Positions 8,164-16,906 of a stretch of DNA of 32,000 nucleotides are shown here, in pieces. The stretch's first letter is position 1. The number at the start of each line of letters is the position of its first letter. This stretch comes from Acaryochloris thomasi RCC1774 (GTDB taxonomy: Bacteria; Cyanobacteriota; Cyanobacteriia; Thermosynechococcales; Thermosynechococcaceae). The notes below the pieces were generated by a model. That model searched no databases, was not told where the DNA came from, and worked only from the letters and a program-made list of their open reading frames with translations. The position numbers and the translations under genes are program-made. The stretch is taken from contig NZ_PQWO01000015.1 in assembly GCF_003231495.1 (NCBI RefSeq), positions 1 through 32,000 on the forward strand, read 5' to 3'.

Positions 8164-10443
8164 TCAAGCTCTGAGGTACTTGTAGTTTTTAGTCGGCTGA
8201 TTGACGCCATTTGCGACTAAGCCAATGAGGTTGAGTTTGTCCAGAATATCAACAGCATTCGATAACTCAGTGCGAGTGATTTTGTCCATTCTGCCTACCA
8301 TAACCACGCCGTCACACCCAAGACCAACAGGGATAGTATCAACCAGTCCTAAAACCGGTGGGCTGTCTACAAGAATAAGATCATAACTATCTTGAAAAGC
8401 ACTGATGACCTCCTTCATCCGTTCAAGGCTCAATAGCTTCACCGGGTCCGCAGCAGAGGGGCCTGCAGTTAAAACATCCAAACTCAGATCTGAAGGGGGC
8501 AGGCGACGTAAGCTCGAGGAGGCTTCGCTCTCTTCACCCAAGTCGTCCTCGACATCGTCCCAGCGCATATAAACCCATTGAGGCGCTGACTGCCACTCTT
8601 GAGCTGGAATATCGCCGGTAAGTAGCGTAGAGAGCCCGTGGTGGTTAGTCAGATTGAACACTCGATGCAGGCTGGGATTACGCAAATCAGCATCAATAAT
8701 AAGTACACGCTGATCTAGACGTGAAGCGCTGATGGCTAGGCCGAGAGACAGGGTCGATTTTCCTTCCCCCGACAAGGCTGAAGTCACCATCAGGGACTTG
8801 TAGGGAACCCCCCCCTTCAGGAGTTGAATGTTGGCATAAATGAGATCTAGAGCCTCCCTAAGCGGTTTCCACTGAAATAGATCGGGGGTCGTAAACTCTT
8901 GAATATTATTTTGATAGAACGGAAGAGTTGCAAGCGCCTCCCTTGCCTCAGCTTGAGTCAATGCAGGAAGTGTTCCCAGCAGCGGTAGAGAAATATTATT
9001 GCCTAAGTCCTCTGAGTTGTGAACGGTATCATCCAGTGATTCGCGTACAAACGCAGCAATACTGCCCAAAAATAGTCCTGCAACTGTACCCAGCAATAAA
9101 TTTCTGATCACGTTGGGACTAGTCTGTTCACCTAAAAGCGGCGCTTCTACAATTTGCCAATCAAAGCCACCCTGAGCAATTGACAATCCCAGTTCTTGAC
9201 GGGCATCCAGAAGTCGTTGGAGTGTGGCTTGGCGAACCTGAACTTCGGGCTGTAGTCGGCTATATTGAGCAATCAGCTCTGGAAACTCTCGCAGCTCAGC
9301 CTCTAACTTGGCCTCGGTTTGCGCTAAGCTCTGATCTCGAGCGGCCAGCCCTGCCAGAGTATTTTGAGCTTGGGTTAGCTGGTTAGCAAGACCGACGTCA
9401 CCGCGTCCAAACTGACCTTGTGAAAGAATGGATTGATCACCGACTGCCCCTACACCATTGGGCAGTACTCGACTCTCTTCTTGCCTTAGCAAAGCTATCT
9501 GCTCTTCTCGCTGTTGCCTGAGATCTTGGAGAATCGGGTGTTCTGCTGTAAGCTGCTGCTGCTGTCGTGACAACTCTAGCTCTGTTGTCTGAATTTGATT
9601 GAGAAGAGCTTGGTATCGCGGTGATTCACTCAAACGGGCTGTTGAACGCGCTTGCCTAGGAGATGCCTCAATCTGCTGCTGTAGTGTCTCATAACTGGCT
9701 TTAGCTTCTCGGTATTGAGCCTTGAGAGATTCTCGCTCCTGCTTAACACTGGCCAACTGACTGGTCGTGACGCCAGCTTGCTCAGCAGGGTCAATGACAT
9801 TTTCCCCCCGCCGAAAGGCCTGCAGCGCGGCTTCTGCCTCTAAAACACTTTGACGGATCTCGGGTAACTGCTCGTTGATAAAGGCAAGCCCCTTCGATAA
9901 GCGCTGTTTCTGCTGCTCCAAATTATAGACTTGGAAAACAGAGAGTAAAGTTTGCAAAATACGCTGGGTTTTAGCCGGATCGTTACTGGTGTAGTCTGCG
10001 GATAAAACATTAGTTGCAATCTGGCCCTGTCCTGTTCGGTCAGCCCCATAGACTGGAGAAACTTCGAGGGCTCCCTGTATTTCTTCGACAGTTATATCTG
10101 GATAATCTTGCTGCAGTAAATCGATGGCCTTCTGAAGCAGTTCAGAACTACGCAGAATCTGGATTTGTGTGTTCGGATCGATTTCTACATTTGGATCTGT
10201 AAACTTATCTTCTGTCGCCTGACCGCGTCCTTGCTTCGCCGTGTAATTAGACTCAATCAAGATTCTCATCGAGCTTTGATATTCAGGCTCTGATCGAATT
10301 GTCCAAAGAATAGCTACACAGAGAACGCCCGCAAATGTTCCAAGGAACCAAACTCGGCGACGCAGGAGAATTGCTAATAAATGACCATAGCCCCAGTCTT
10401 GCTCTTTGATATTACTTTCATTCTTAATAAGAGTTCCAGTCAC
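8164..10443 (-). CDS. Polysaccharide co-polymerase / BY-type tyrosine autokinase (Wzc/GumC-like)
   Basis: 759 aa with an N-terminal TM helix, a long Q/E/L-rich coiled-coil periplasmic region and a second TM helix (LLLGTVAGLFLGSIAAFV). The C-terminal P-loop domain carries Walker A 'SALSGEGKST', Walker A' 'VLIIDADLRNPS' and Walker B 'YDLILVDSPP'. GTG start. Confidence 0.9.
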   Translation of the reverse strand: MTGTLIKNESNIKEQDWGYGHLLAILLRRRVWFLGTFAGVLCVAILWTIRSEPEYQSSMRILIESNYTAKQGRGQATEDKFTDPNVEIDPNTQIQILRSSELLQKAIDLLQQDYPDITVEEIQGALEVSPVYGADRTGQGQIATNVLSADYTSNDPAKTQRILQTLLSVFQVYNLEQQKQRLSKGLAFINEQLPEIRQSVLEAEAALQAFRRGENVIDPAEQAGVTTSQLASVKQERESLKAQYREAKASYETLQQQIEASPRQARSTARLSESPRYQALLNQIQTTELELSRQQQQLTAEHPILQDLRQQREEQIALLRQEESRVLPNGVGAVGDQSILSQGQFGRGDVGLANQLTQAQNTLAGLAARDQSLAQTEAKLEAELREFPELIAQYSRLQPEVQVRQATLQRLLDARQELGLSIAQGGFDWQIVEAPLLGEQTSPNVIRNLLLGTVAGLFLGSIAAFVRESLDDTVHNSEDLGNNISLPLLGTLPALTQAEAREALATLPFYQNNIQEFTTPDLFQWKPLREALDLIYANIQLLKGGVPYKSLMVTSALSGEGKSTLSLGLAISASRLDQRVLIIDADLRNPSLHRVFNLTNHHGLSTLLTGDIPAQEWQSAPQWVYMRWDDVEDDLGEESEASSSLRRLPPSDLSLDVLTAGPSAADPVKLLSLERMKEVISAFQDSYDLILVDSPPVLGLVDTIPVGLGCDGVVMVGRMDKITRTELSNAVDILDKLNLIGLVANGVNQPTKNYKYLRA

Positions 10444-10467
10444 AGTTAAATACCAATATATTTATAT

Positions 10468-11580
10468 TTATGCCCTAACGAGCTTTGGTGCCGCTCGTCT
10501 ATCGCAAAATTGATCAATCACCTGATCTACTTTCTGAAAAAATATCGTTTCAGAGAAATTGGAAAGTGCATGTTCTTGAATACTACGATAATCCCAGTTT
10601 ATCCCTGCAGCTGAAGTAACAGCATCCTGAACAGACTCGGCAGTCTGGCTTTTGAAAAACACACCTGTCTGTCCCGGAACCTGCGTGTCTAAGACCCCAC
10701 CTGCACCATAAGCAATGACAGGTGTACCGCTGGCATTCGCCTCTATTGGCACTAAGCCGTAGTCTTCTAATGCAGCAACTAGGACAGCTTGAGCGTGGGC
10801 CATCAACTCCATTCGAGTTGAATCAGACACCGGGCCAAGGAACTCAATATTAGAACCGGCTCTCGCTTTGAGCTGCATTTCTTCAGGCCCTTCGCCAATG
10901 ATCTTTAGTGGCAGTTTGAGTGCATTAAAAGCATCAACAACAACATCAATTCGCTTGTAGCTCAGCAGACGAGAACAGACAAGATAGTAGTCTTGCTTCT
11001 GGCTCGAAAAGGAAAATTTACTGGCATCAATGGGATAATTTACAACTAATGCATTCTGAGAATAAATATTTTTAATTCTACTAGCCACGGTCGTTGAGTT
11101 CGCAATGTACAAATCTGGCTCTCTCGCCGAGGCAAGATCTGTACTTCTCATTGCTTGAAAGATGGGCTGAATGAGGGCATAGAATTTCTGGTACCCTGAA
11201 AACTTTCTCAAGTATGTTTCGGTATCCCACAGAAAACGGGTGACGTTGTGACAGAAACAAATGTGTTGTGCGTCAGGGCGTTTACGTACTGACTTCGCAA
11301 AGCTAGTGCTGCTGCTAATGAGTAAGTCATAGTCTCGCAAGTCCAAGGCTCGAAAGGCTGAATAATAGAATGGAGCCATAAGCCGAAAGTGTTTACTGGC
11401 TCCAGGGATATTTTGGAGAACTGTCGTTTGAACCGCTCGATCACCCAGTTCGATTGTCTCTACTGGGTCATAAAGCGACGTATAGATATCAGCGGTCGGA
11501 AAGTGATGGCACAGTAGCTTGAAAACTCGCTCTGCCCCCCCTCTTTGAGTTAAGTAATCGTGGATTAGTGCAATTTTCAT
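10468..11580 (-). CDS. Glycosyltransferase family 4
   Basis: 'MKIALIHDYLTQRGGAERV' N-terminus and the C-terminal motif 'ALEDYGLVPIEANASGTPVIAYGAGGVLDTQVPGQTGVFF'. ATG 11578-11580 is the likely start; the tracked ORF extends to 11706. Confidence 0.9.
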   Translation of the reverse strand: MKIALIHDYLTQRGGAERVFKLLCHHFPTADIYTSLYDPVETIELGDRAVQTTVLQNIPGASKHFRLMAPFYYSAFRALDLRDYDLLISSSTSFAKSVRKRPDAQHICFCHNVTRFLWDTETYLRKFSGYQKFYALIQPIFQAMRSTDLASAREPDLYIANSTTVASRIKNIYSQNALVVNYPIDASKFSFSSQKQDYYLVCSRLLSYKRIDVVVDAFNALKLPLKIIGEGPEEMQLKARAGSNIEFLGPVSDSTRMELMAHAQAVLVAALEDYGLVPIEANASGTPVIAYGAGGVLDTQVPGQTGVFFKSQTAESVQDAVTSAAGINWDYRSIQEHALSNFSETIFFQKVDQVIDQFCDRRAAPKLVRA

Positions 11581-12116
11581 GAACGATTCTGTGTTGGGAA
11601 CTGCAAAAATGGGTGACGCGATGAAGAAAAATTGGGACAGGACGGCTGATTGACTCCATTTTAGGCGTTTTCTGACTCTAAGCTTAGCAATGAACCTTAG
11701 GGACAAACCTGGAGTCGTTCAGCCATACCGTTGCGAGCAATATGACTATCGTGGAGACAGCATAATTAAACGCACCCGCTTTTGGCTATTAGACCTATTT
11801 GTTCATATGTCTTAACATGACTAGGGGACATTGGTTAGTATTTCAGACAACACCATGTAGCCAACCTTAATGGACGGATGGCTGTCTGCAATGTTTCAGC
11901 ACTGAGAACCACTGCCAACATAAGACCATGGCAGGTTGCTCATACTGTCACCCAGTTACTGAGGAAAAATAAGCCAATGATGGCAAGCGCTTAGAATCTT
12001 TTGCGGTAAGCCGCTTACCCCCTCATTCAGTATACTTTCCTGTTTTTTGAACCGCCACATCGTCTACGGTATGGGGCATTTATTTGAGCAGATGTTGGAT
12101 TTTGACGTTGGACTCA

Positions 12117-13931
12117 CTAAAGCTGATAGTTCTGCGCCTGTGTTCTAAACAAATGAGCATAGCTTTGATCTGCTGCCATGAGTTCAGGGTGTGTTCCCTG
12201 CTCGATGATTTCTCCCTGGCTCATGACATAGATGCGGTCGGCTAATTTGACGGTGGAGAGACGATGGCTAATAAGGATTGCGGCCTGTTGTTGAATGAGT
12301 TGACGGAATTGCTGAAAAACCTCAAATTCAGCCTTAGGATCCATGGCACTGGTGGGTTCGTCTAGGACAATAAGTTGAGACTCACGTAAAAAAGCGCGGG
12401 CAAGGGCAATTTTCTGCCACTGTCCGATGCTAAGTTCTTCACCCTGATCAAACATTTTGCCAAGGACGGTGGCGTACCCTTGGGGCAGTCTTGTGATGAC
12501 GCGATCGGCACCTGAGCGGTAAGCGGCGGCCTGAACTTTGTTGTCTTCGGTAGAAATATCTATATTCCCAAGCCAAATATTATCTTGAGCAGTGAAATGA
12601 TACTTTGCGTAGTCCTGAAAAATGACGCTAATTTGGCGCCTAAGCTCAAGGGTGCTAAAGTCCCGCAGGTCAATGCCATCGATGGTGATGCTGCCTTGGG
12701 TGGGATCGTAGAGGCGGCACAGTAATTTAATCAGAGTTGTTTTGCCTGAACCATTTTCGCCCACGAGGGCAACGACTTCACCCGGTTGGACTTTGAGGTT
12801 GATATTTTTCAGCGCTTGCCGCTGGGTGGTGCCGTACTGAAAGCTGACGTGGTTGAAGGTGATACCAGCTTGAAAGGGAATGGGGACTGGCTGATGCTGA
12901 GTGGGTTCTATCACCCTGGATTTGATGTCTAAAAATTCGTAGAGGTTTGCCAGAAACAGGTTGTCTTCATAGAGTCCTGAGATGCTGGTTAAGAAGCCTC
13001 TAAGGTTAGTTTGCCCTTTTTGAAGAGCCTGATAGTAGAGAACTAAATCGCCAAGCTGTAGGCTACCCTGCAAGGTTTGGTAAATGATGTAGGCAAAGAT
13101 AGCGAAGACAAACAGGCCAGCACTGGCCTGGGCCCCAAAAAAAGCGGCAGAACGCTTGGATGCGATCGCAACTCGTTCTCGATAGAGCTGGCGTCTAATC
13201 TTCTGGTATCTTTGGCTGAACAGCTTCCCAAGGCCAAACAGGCGGATTTCCTTCGCAAACTGATCCGAGGTGAGCATCCATCCCAAATAACCGGATTGAC
13301 GCTCAAGCTGGGTGCGACGTCGCTGCCAGCGGTAGACCACGCGAGAAAAAATGAGGCGCACACAAACCGCAGGAATAGCCGCCCCCATCAAAACGACAAT
13401 CACTCCCCAGTGAAGTGACAGCAATAGACCCGCCATAGCCGCAAGAGATAGACCATTTTGGCCGCACTGCGCCAAGTGACTCAGAATTTGTGTGGGTCGG
13501 AATGGAGCCTCTTGCTGGGCTCGCTGAAGTGTGTCGTAATAGCGAGAATTTTCGTAAAATTCGAGATCGGCCTCAATCGACTTTGCATGAATAATACCCT
13601 GCATTGAGTCAGTGACTTGCTGTGCATGGGCCGTATTGACCAGCTCAGAAAGAGAGCTGCAGAGCGTCGTGAGTACCGTCACCAAAGCCGCTAATGCAAT
13701 CAGAGGCAGAATACTCTCAAATGCAGCCTCCTTATTGGCCACCGTGAGGTTGGCGGTGACAGCATCAATCACTAGCTTCGTTAAGTAGATAGAAGCCAAC
13801 GGCAGCAGCCCCTGGACAAAAATAAGGCTGATGCGGGCCACCGTCCAAGCGGGACTACTCTGCCACACCAGCTTCAACATCGGCAGCAGCCGGTTCATTC
13901 GCCGTAGCTGGCGTAAACGCGCGGCTGGCAT
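12117..13931 (-). CDS. ABC exporter, fused permease/ATPase
   Basis: N-terminal multi-helix TMD followed by an NBD with Walker A 'GENGSGKTT', signature 'LSIGQWQK', Walker B 'LIVLDEPTSAMD' and H-loop 'ILISHRL'. The likely start is ATG 13929-13931 (MPAARLRQL...), 19 nt after the upstream stop; the tracked ORF extends to 13988. Confidence 0.9.
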   Translation of the reverse strand: MPAARLRQLRRMNRLLPMLKLVWQSSPAWTVARISLIFVQGLLPLASIYLTKLVIDAVTANLTVANKEAAFESILPLIALAALVTVLTTLCSSLSELVNTAHAQQVTDSMQGIIHAKSIEADLEFYENSRYYDTLQRAQQEAPFRPTQILSHLAQCGQNGLSLAAMAGLLLSLHWGVIVVLMGAAIPAVCVRLIFSRVVYRWQRRRTQLERQSGYLGWMLTSDQFAKEIRLFGLGKLFSQRYQKIRRQLYRERVAIASKRSAAFFGAQASAGLFVFAIFAYIIYQTLQGSLQLGDLVLYYQALQKGQTNLRGFLTSISGLYEDNLFLANLYEFLDIKSRVIEPTQHQPVPIPFQAGITFNHVSFQYGTTQRQALKNINLKVQPGEVVALVGENGSGKTTLIKLLCRLYDPTQGSITIDGIDLRDFSTLELRRQISVIFQDYAKYHFTAQDNIWLGNIDISTEDNKVQAAAYRSGADRVITRLPQGYATVLGKMFDQGEELSIGQWQKIALARAFLRESQLIVLDEPTSAMDPKAEFEVFQQFRQLIQQQAAILISHRLSTVKLADRIYVMSQGEIIEQGTHPELMAADQSYAHLFRTQAQNYQL

Positions 13932-13950
13932 AGACGTGCCTACGGGTGGC

Positions 13951-14412
13951 TCACAATAAATCGATGCCCAGCGACGGCATGGGGACAAATCGCTTCAGAT
14001 CAGGCAATAGGCCAATGACGACAGAGCCCTCAAGCTCGATCCAAGCATGAGCCTCAAGGCAGTTATTCTGATCTTTGGCAACCCCAATACGTAAATCAGG
14101 CATATAGCCTCGGCGCGACATGAGAACCTGCGTCGTCAGCGCACGGGCAAGGCACTTGACGTGTCCCGGCATCAAATGACTGCTCACGTCCACGGCCCAA
14201 ACAATTTTATGAATCGAGCCGCAGCCAATGGAAGAGACCGGCAACGCCTGCGGGCTGTGACTTATCTTATAGAGAAACTGCTGTAGCCTCTTGAAGGGAA
14301 GTTGCCATAGCCCCAGACGCACCAACCCTAGCAGGATAAAAGCCTTTAATAGCAGCAGGCGATCTCTAGCAGGCAGGCGCACAAACTTAAGCAGTGACTT
14401 CATCTTTAACAA
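13951..14412 (-). CDS. Transglutaminase-fold cysteine protease, lasso-peptide B2-type (Transglut_core3-like)
   Basis: 153 aa. It has the N-terminal helix 'LLLLKAFILLGLVRLGLWQLPFKRL', the candidate catalytic Cys in 'HVKCLARALTTQVLMSRRG' and His in 'LEAHAWIELEGSVVIG'. It overlaps the PqqD gene by 26 nt. Confidence 0.8.
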   Translation of the reverse strand: MLKMKSLLKFVRLPARDRLLLLKAFILLGLVRLGLWQLPFKRLQQFLYKISHSPQALPVSSIGCGSIHKIVWAVDVSSHLMPGHVKCLARALTTQVLMSRRGYMPDLRIGVAKDQNNCLEAHAWIELEGSVVIGLLPDLKRFVPMPSLGIDLL

Positions 14413-14677
14413 CTACGAGCTGCGCTTCAATCATATCGTTCAGAAGGGCAAAGACATCGGCTTCACACTGTGCCGGATCAACCTCATATTCCTGCAGAAT
14501 GGCATCACAAATATCAGCCACGGCTTGAGGCTGCTGCAGCAACTTCCAAACGCTGGCCCCTACCTCATTTAGGCCGTAATACATGCCCGTTTTGAGGTTG
14601 AGAATCACAGACTCGTCCACCAACTCGGATGAGACTTGATCCGGTGCAATGACGACAATACTCTTTTTGCTAATCAC
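14387..14677 (-). CDS. PqqD-family peptide-binding protein (RRE; lasso B1-type)
   Basis: 96 aa with the classic PqqD pattern 'DESVILNLKTGMYYGLNEVGASVWKLL....VADICDAILQEYEVDPAQCEADVFALLNDMIEAQLV'. GTG start at 14675-14677. Confidence 0.85.
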   Translation of the reverse strand: MISKKSIVVIAPDQVSSELVDESVILNLKTGMYYGLNEVGASVWKLLQQPQAVADICDAILQEYEVDPAQCEADVFALLNDMIEAQLVVVKDEVTA

Positions 14678-15002
14678 AGGTCAGCTTAGATCGATACAAC
14701 TAAAAAGACATCTTGAGATCCCTTGAACCCAACATCAACCCTGCTCTCTTTAGGCATTAGATTGATGAAGAATATTGTGGATTTCAAGCCTTCAATTTTT
14801 CACTCTTGAAATAAGTTAAGAGGAACATTGAGATTAGACAGATGCTTTAGAGACCCCCTATCACTAAGCTCTGCCGAATGTGCCTCCAAGCTAGCATAAT
14901 ATCCTCAGTCCTCCTACTCAAAACAGGTCGGACACATCCATCATCAAATCATGCTGTGACCATGCCCCAAAGACGGCAGAGAAAGACATAACAGCTTGCC
15001 TT

Positions 15003-15848
15003 CTATCTCGCCCAGCGACTGCCCTTCCACAAACCGATCAGTAAAATAGCTGCGATCAACGCGCCGATATGCCACTTAACAGATTGCTTCAGCAGCCGGT
15101 TGCGCTGGCCCGTTAGTTTGATTAGCCGATTGCTTTCAAGCACCCGCTGGCGTTGAGCAAGGGCATCTGAGAACTGACCTCTTAAAGGCTCTACATCTTC
15201 TGTCTCTGATGACGGTAGGTCGAGTTCTGCAACGCGATATCTCTGGGCAATCGCGGCCAACTGTGACGGTGTTGTTGCTTGCTGTACCAGCTCTTCCACC
15301 TGCTGTATTCGGACTAACTGCTGTTCGGTATTGATGTTGACCCGCTCTTGCGCCATTTGATCGAGCCGCAGCGTATCCGTAATACCTAAAGGAATCACCA
15401 ACAGAAAGATCAGACCGGCCAACAACGTTATCCAAGACAGCAGCTTGAGAATCGGAAATTCCCATCTTGCACGGGGCTTCCGTTCACCGAAAAAGACCAG
15501 CAGCAGCCCTAGCAACGGCACCGGCACGCGCTCCACAAGTTGACCAATGGTTTGAAATTCCCAAGCTGGATCGGTAAAATAGGAGGGATAAAAGATTGCG
15601 GCCAAATCCAGCCCTACAAAGAGCAGTAGACCATAGCCGACCCAATGAAATAAGCTGGCGGCGCGAAAGACACTAAAGTAGAACTGCTGCAGTTCTCGGC
15701 TACTGTTTGGGAGACGCTTCTGCTGAAAGGGGTTACCACCCAATTTCTTCTTTGGAATCATAGACTTGAGAAGATACCTCACAGTAGTGCGGTTACGCTG
15801 GTCGTTAGTATATCCGAGCAAAAGTATCGTCGTATTGCTGGGTGACAA
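15003..15848 (-). CDS. HpsJ-like / cyanoexosortase-associated membrane protein
   Basis: 281 aa with four hydrophobic helices and a duplicated 'WEF' motif preceding a helix ('DPAWEFQTIGQLVERVPVPLLGLLLVFF' and 'RARWEFPILKLLSWITLLAGLIFLLV'). A Q/E-rich coiled segment and a C-terminal TM helix follow. It lies 40 nt downstream of the exosortase gene. The family name is from memory of RefSeq naming. The start is uncertain: TTG at 15848 or ATG at 15759-15761 (MIPKKK...). Confidence 0.55.
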   Translation of the reverse strand: MSPSNTTILLLGYTNDQRNRTTVRYLLKSMIPKKKLGGNPFQQKRLPNSSRELQQFYFSVFRAASLFHWVGYGLLLFVGLDLAAIFYPSYFTDPAWEFQTIGQLVERVPVPLLGLLLVFFGERKPRARWEFPILKLLSWITLLAGLIFLLVIPLGITDTLRLDQMAQERVNINTEQQLVRIQQVEELVQQATTPSQLAAIAQRYRVAELDLPSSETEDVEPLRGQFSDALAQRQRVLESNRLIKLTGQRNRLLKQSVKWHIGALIAAILLIGLWKGSRWAR

Positions 15849-15888
15849 CGACTTGAAAACGGATAATGTGCATCCGTAAGAAGTGACT

Positions 15889-16749
15889 TCAGACTTTTTG
15901 AGAATCAGAAGAAGTCTGATGAGCCTGACTAGGCTTCAGAACGGTTAGGCACAGGCTACCAAATAGGAGGACTGCGATACAAACAAATATCAATGCTCCC
16001 CCCTGACTATGCCAATATTCAAAAGCAGCATTGTCTGGATAGGTTGAGAGAATCGCTAATAGGGCAACTCGGATAGCATTAACGAAAAAGCCCAAAGCCA
16101 CTGCAACGATTGGCAGCAGAATTTTTTGGCTTTTGCGGGTGGGGAACAGGACAAGAAACAGGACTGAAACACCCAGCATATAAAGCATCAGATTGAGTCC
16201 CGAACAGCTCGGAACAACTTCAACCCCCCCATCGGGTAACCGGATAATATTGTTATCGACCAGTGCGACCTGAGCGCCGGTATACCAGAGCAAAAAGGTT
16301 GAGAAAGCTGCGGTGAACGGGGCTAAAAGATTGGGAATCACAGCAAGGGCCAACCGAGGCAGTCCCAGAAAGAAAAAGATAATCAGCTCTTGGCGGTACT
16401 GTCCCAGACCTCGTAAGCCGGAGGCCAAGGTTCCAACGCTAATAAAGGCCAACAGTGGGAAAAAACCGACAAACTTTTCACCCGGAGTTCCCACACTTTT
16501 TGCCAATAGCAAGCCCAAAAGCGCGATACTCACCAGAATTGAAATCAGGTCGCTATCGAGCCGTAGCTGCTCTCGCTTATCTGAGAGGGTGGACCAGGCA
16601 GCAGCAATAAAGGTGATGCTGAGGGCTAGGTGAGAGTAAGTCTCCGCACTCACATTAAGGTGCAGAAAAATCGCGGCTAAGGCTGCTGAAATAAGGATCA
16701 GGCCACGGACGGGGACTGTATAAGATTTTCCAAGGGTAGGATTAATCAT
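15889..16749 (-). CDS. Exosortase family protein (cyanoexosortase; A or B type not resolved)
   Basis: 286 aa, about 8 TM helices. The three exosortase/archaeosortase signature residues are in their usual order and context: Cys in 'VVPSCSGLNLM', Arg in 'FFVNAIRVALLA' and His in 'FEYWHSQGGALIF'. Confidence 0.85.
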   Translation of the reverse strand: MINPTLGKSYTVPVRGLILISAALAAIFLHLNVSAETYSHLALSITFIAAAWSTLSDKREQLRLDSDLISILVSIALLGLLLAKSVGTPGEKFVGFFPLLAFISVGTLASGLRGLGQYRQELIIFFFLGLPRLALAVIPNLLAPFTAAFSTFLLWYTGAQVALVDNNIIRLPDGGVEVVPSCSGLNLMLYMLGVSVLFLVLFPTRKSQKILLPIVAVALGFFVNAIRVALLAILSTYPDNAAFEYWHSQGGALIFVCIAVLLFGSLCLTVLKPSQAHQTSSDSQKV

Positions 16750-16906
16750 AAAGATAAATTCTCGACTGCAGCAGAGCGGCGCTTTTTGCTTAAGCCATGG
16801 TCTGAAGATGGTTTAGATCTAAAGGGTGAGATAGCTTGGGTTCCATATCACCGCTGAGGGAACGGTGTAGCGTGACCCGGATGCCGTATGGATTTAGGTT
16901 ACTAGT

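Noticed and set aside
267-16633. Other short tracked ORFs nested in the EPS/cassette genes (e.g. 267-539, 442-663, 1333-1641, 2366-2587, 3275-3556, 5926-6204, 6588-6803, 9180-9386, 13043-13418, 14291-14572, 15136-15465, 16313-16633)
   Set aside because: They are nested in, or antisense to, longer ORFs that have clear family motifs, and they carry no independent coding evidence.
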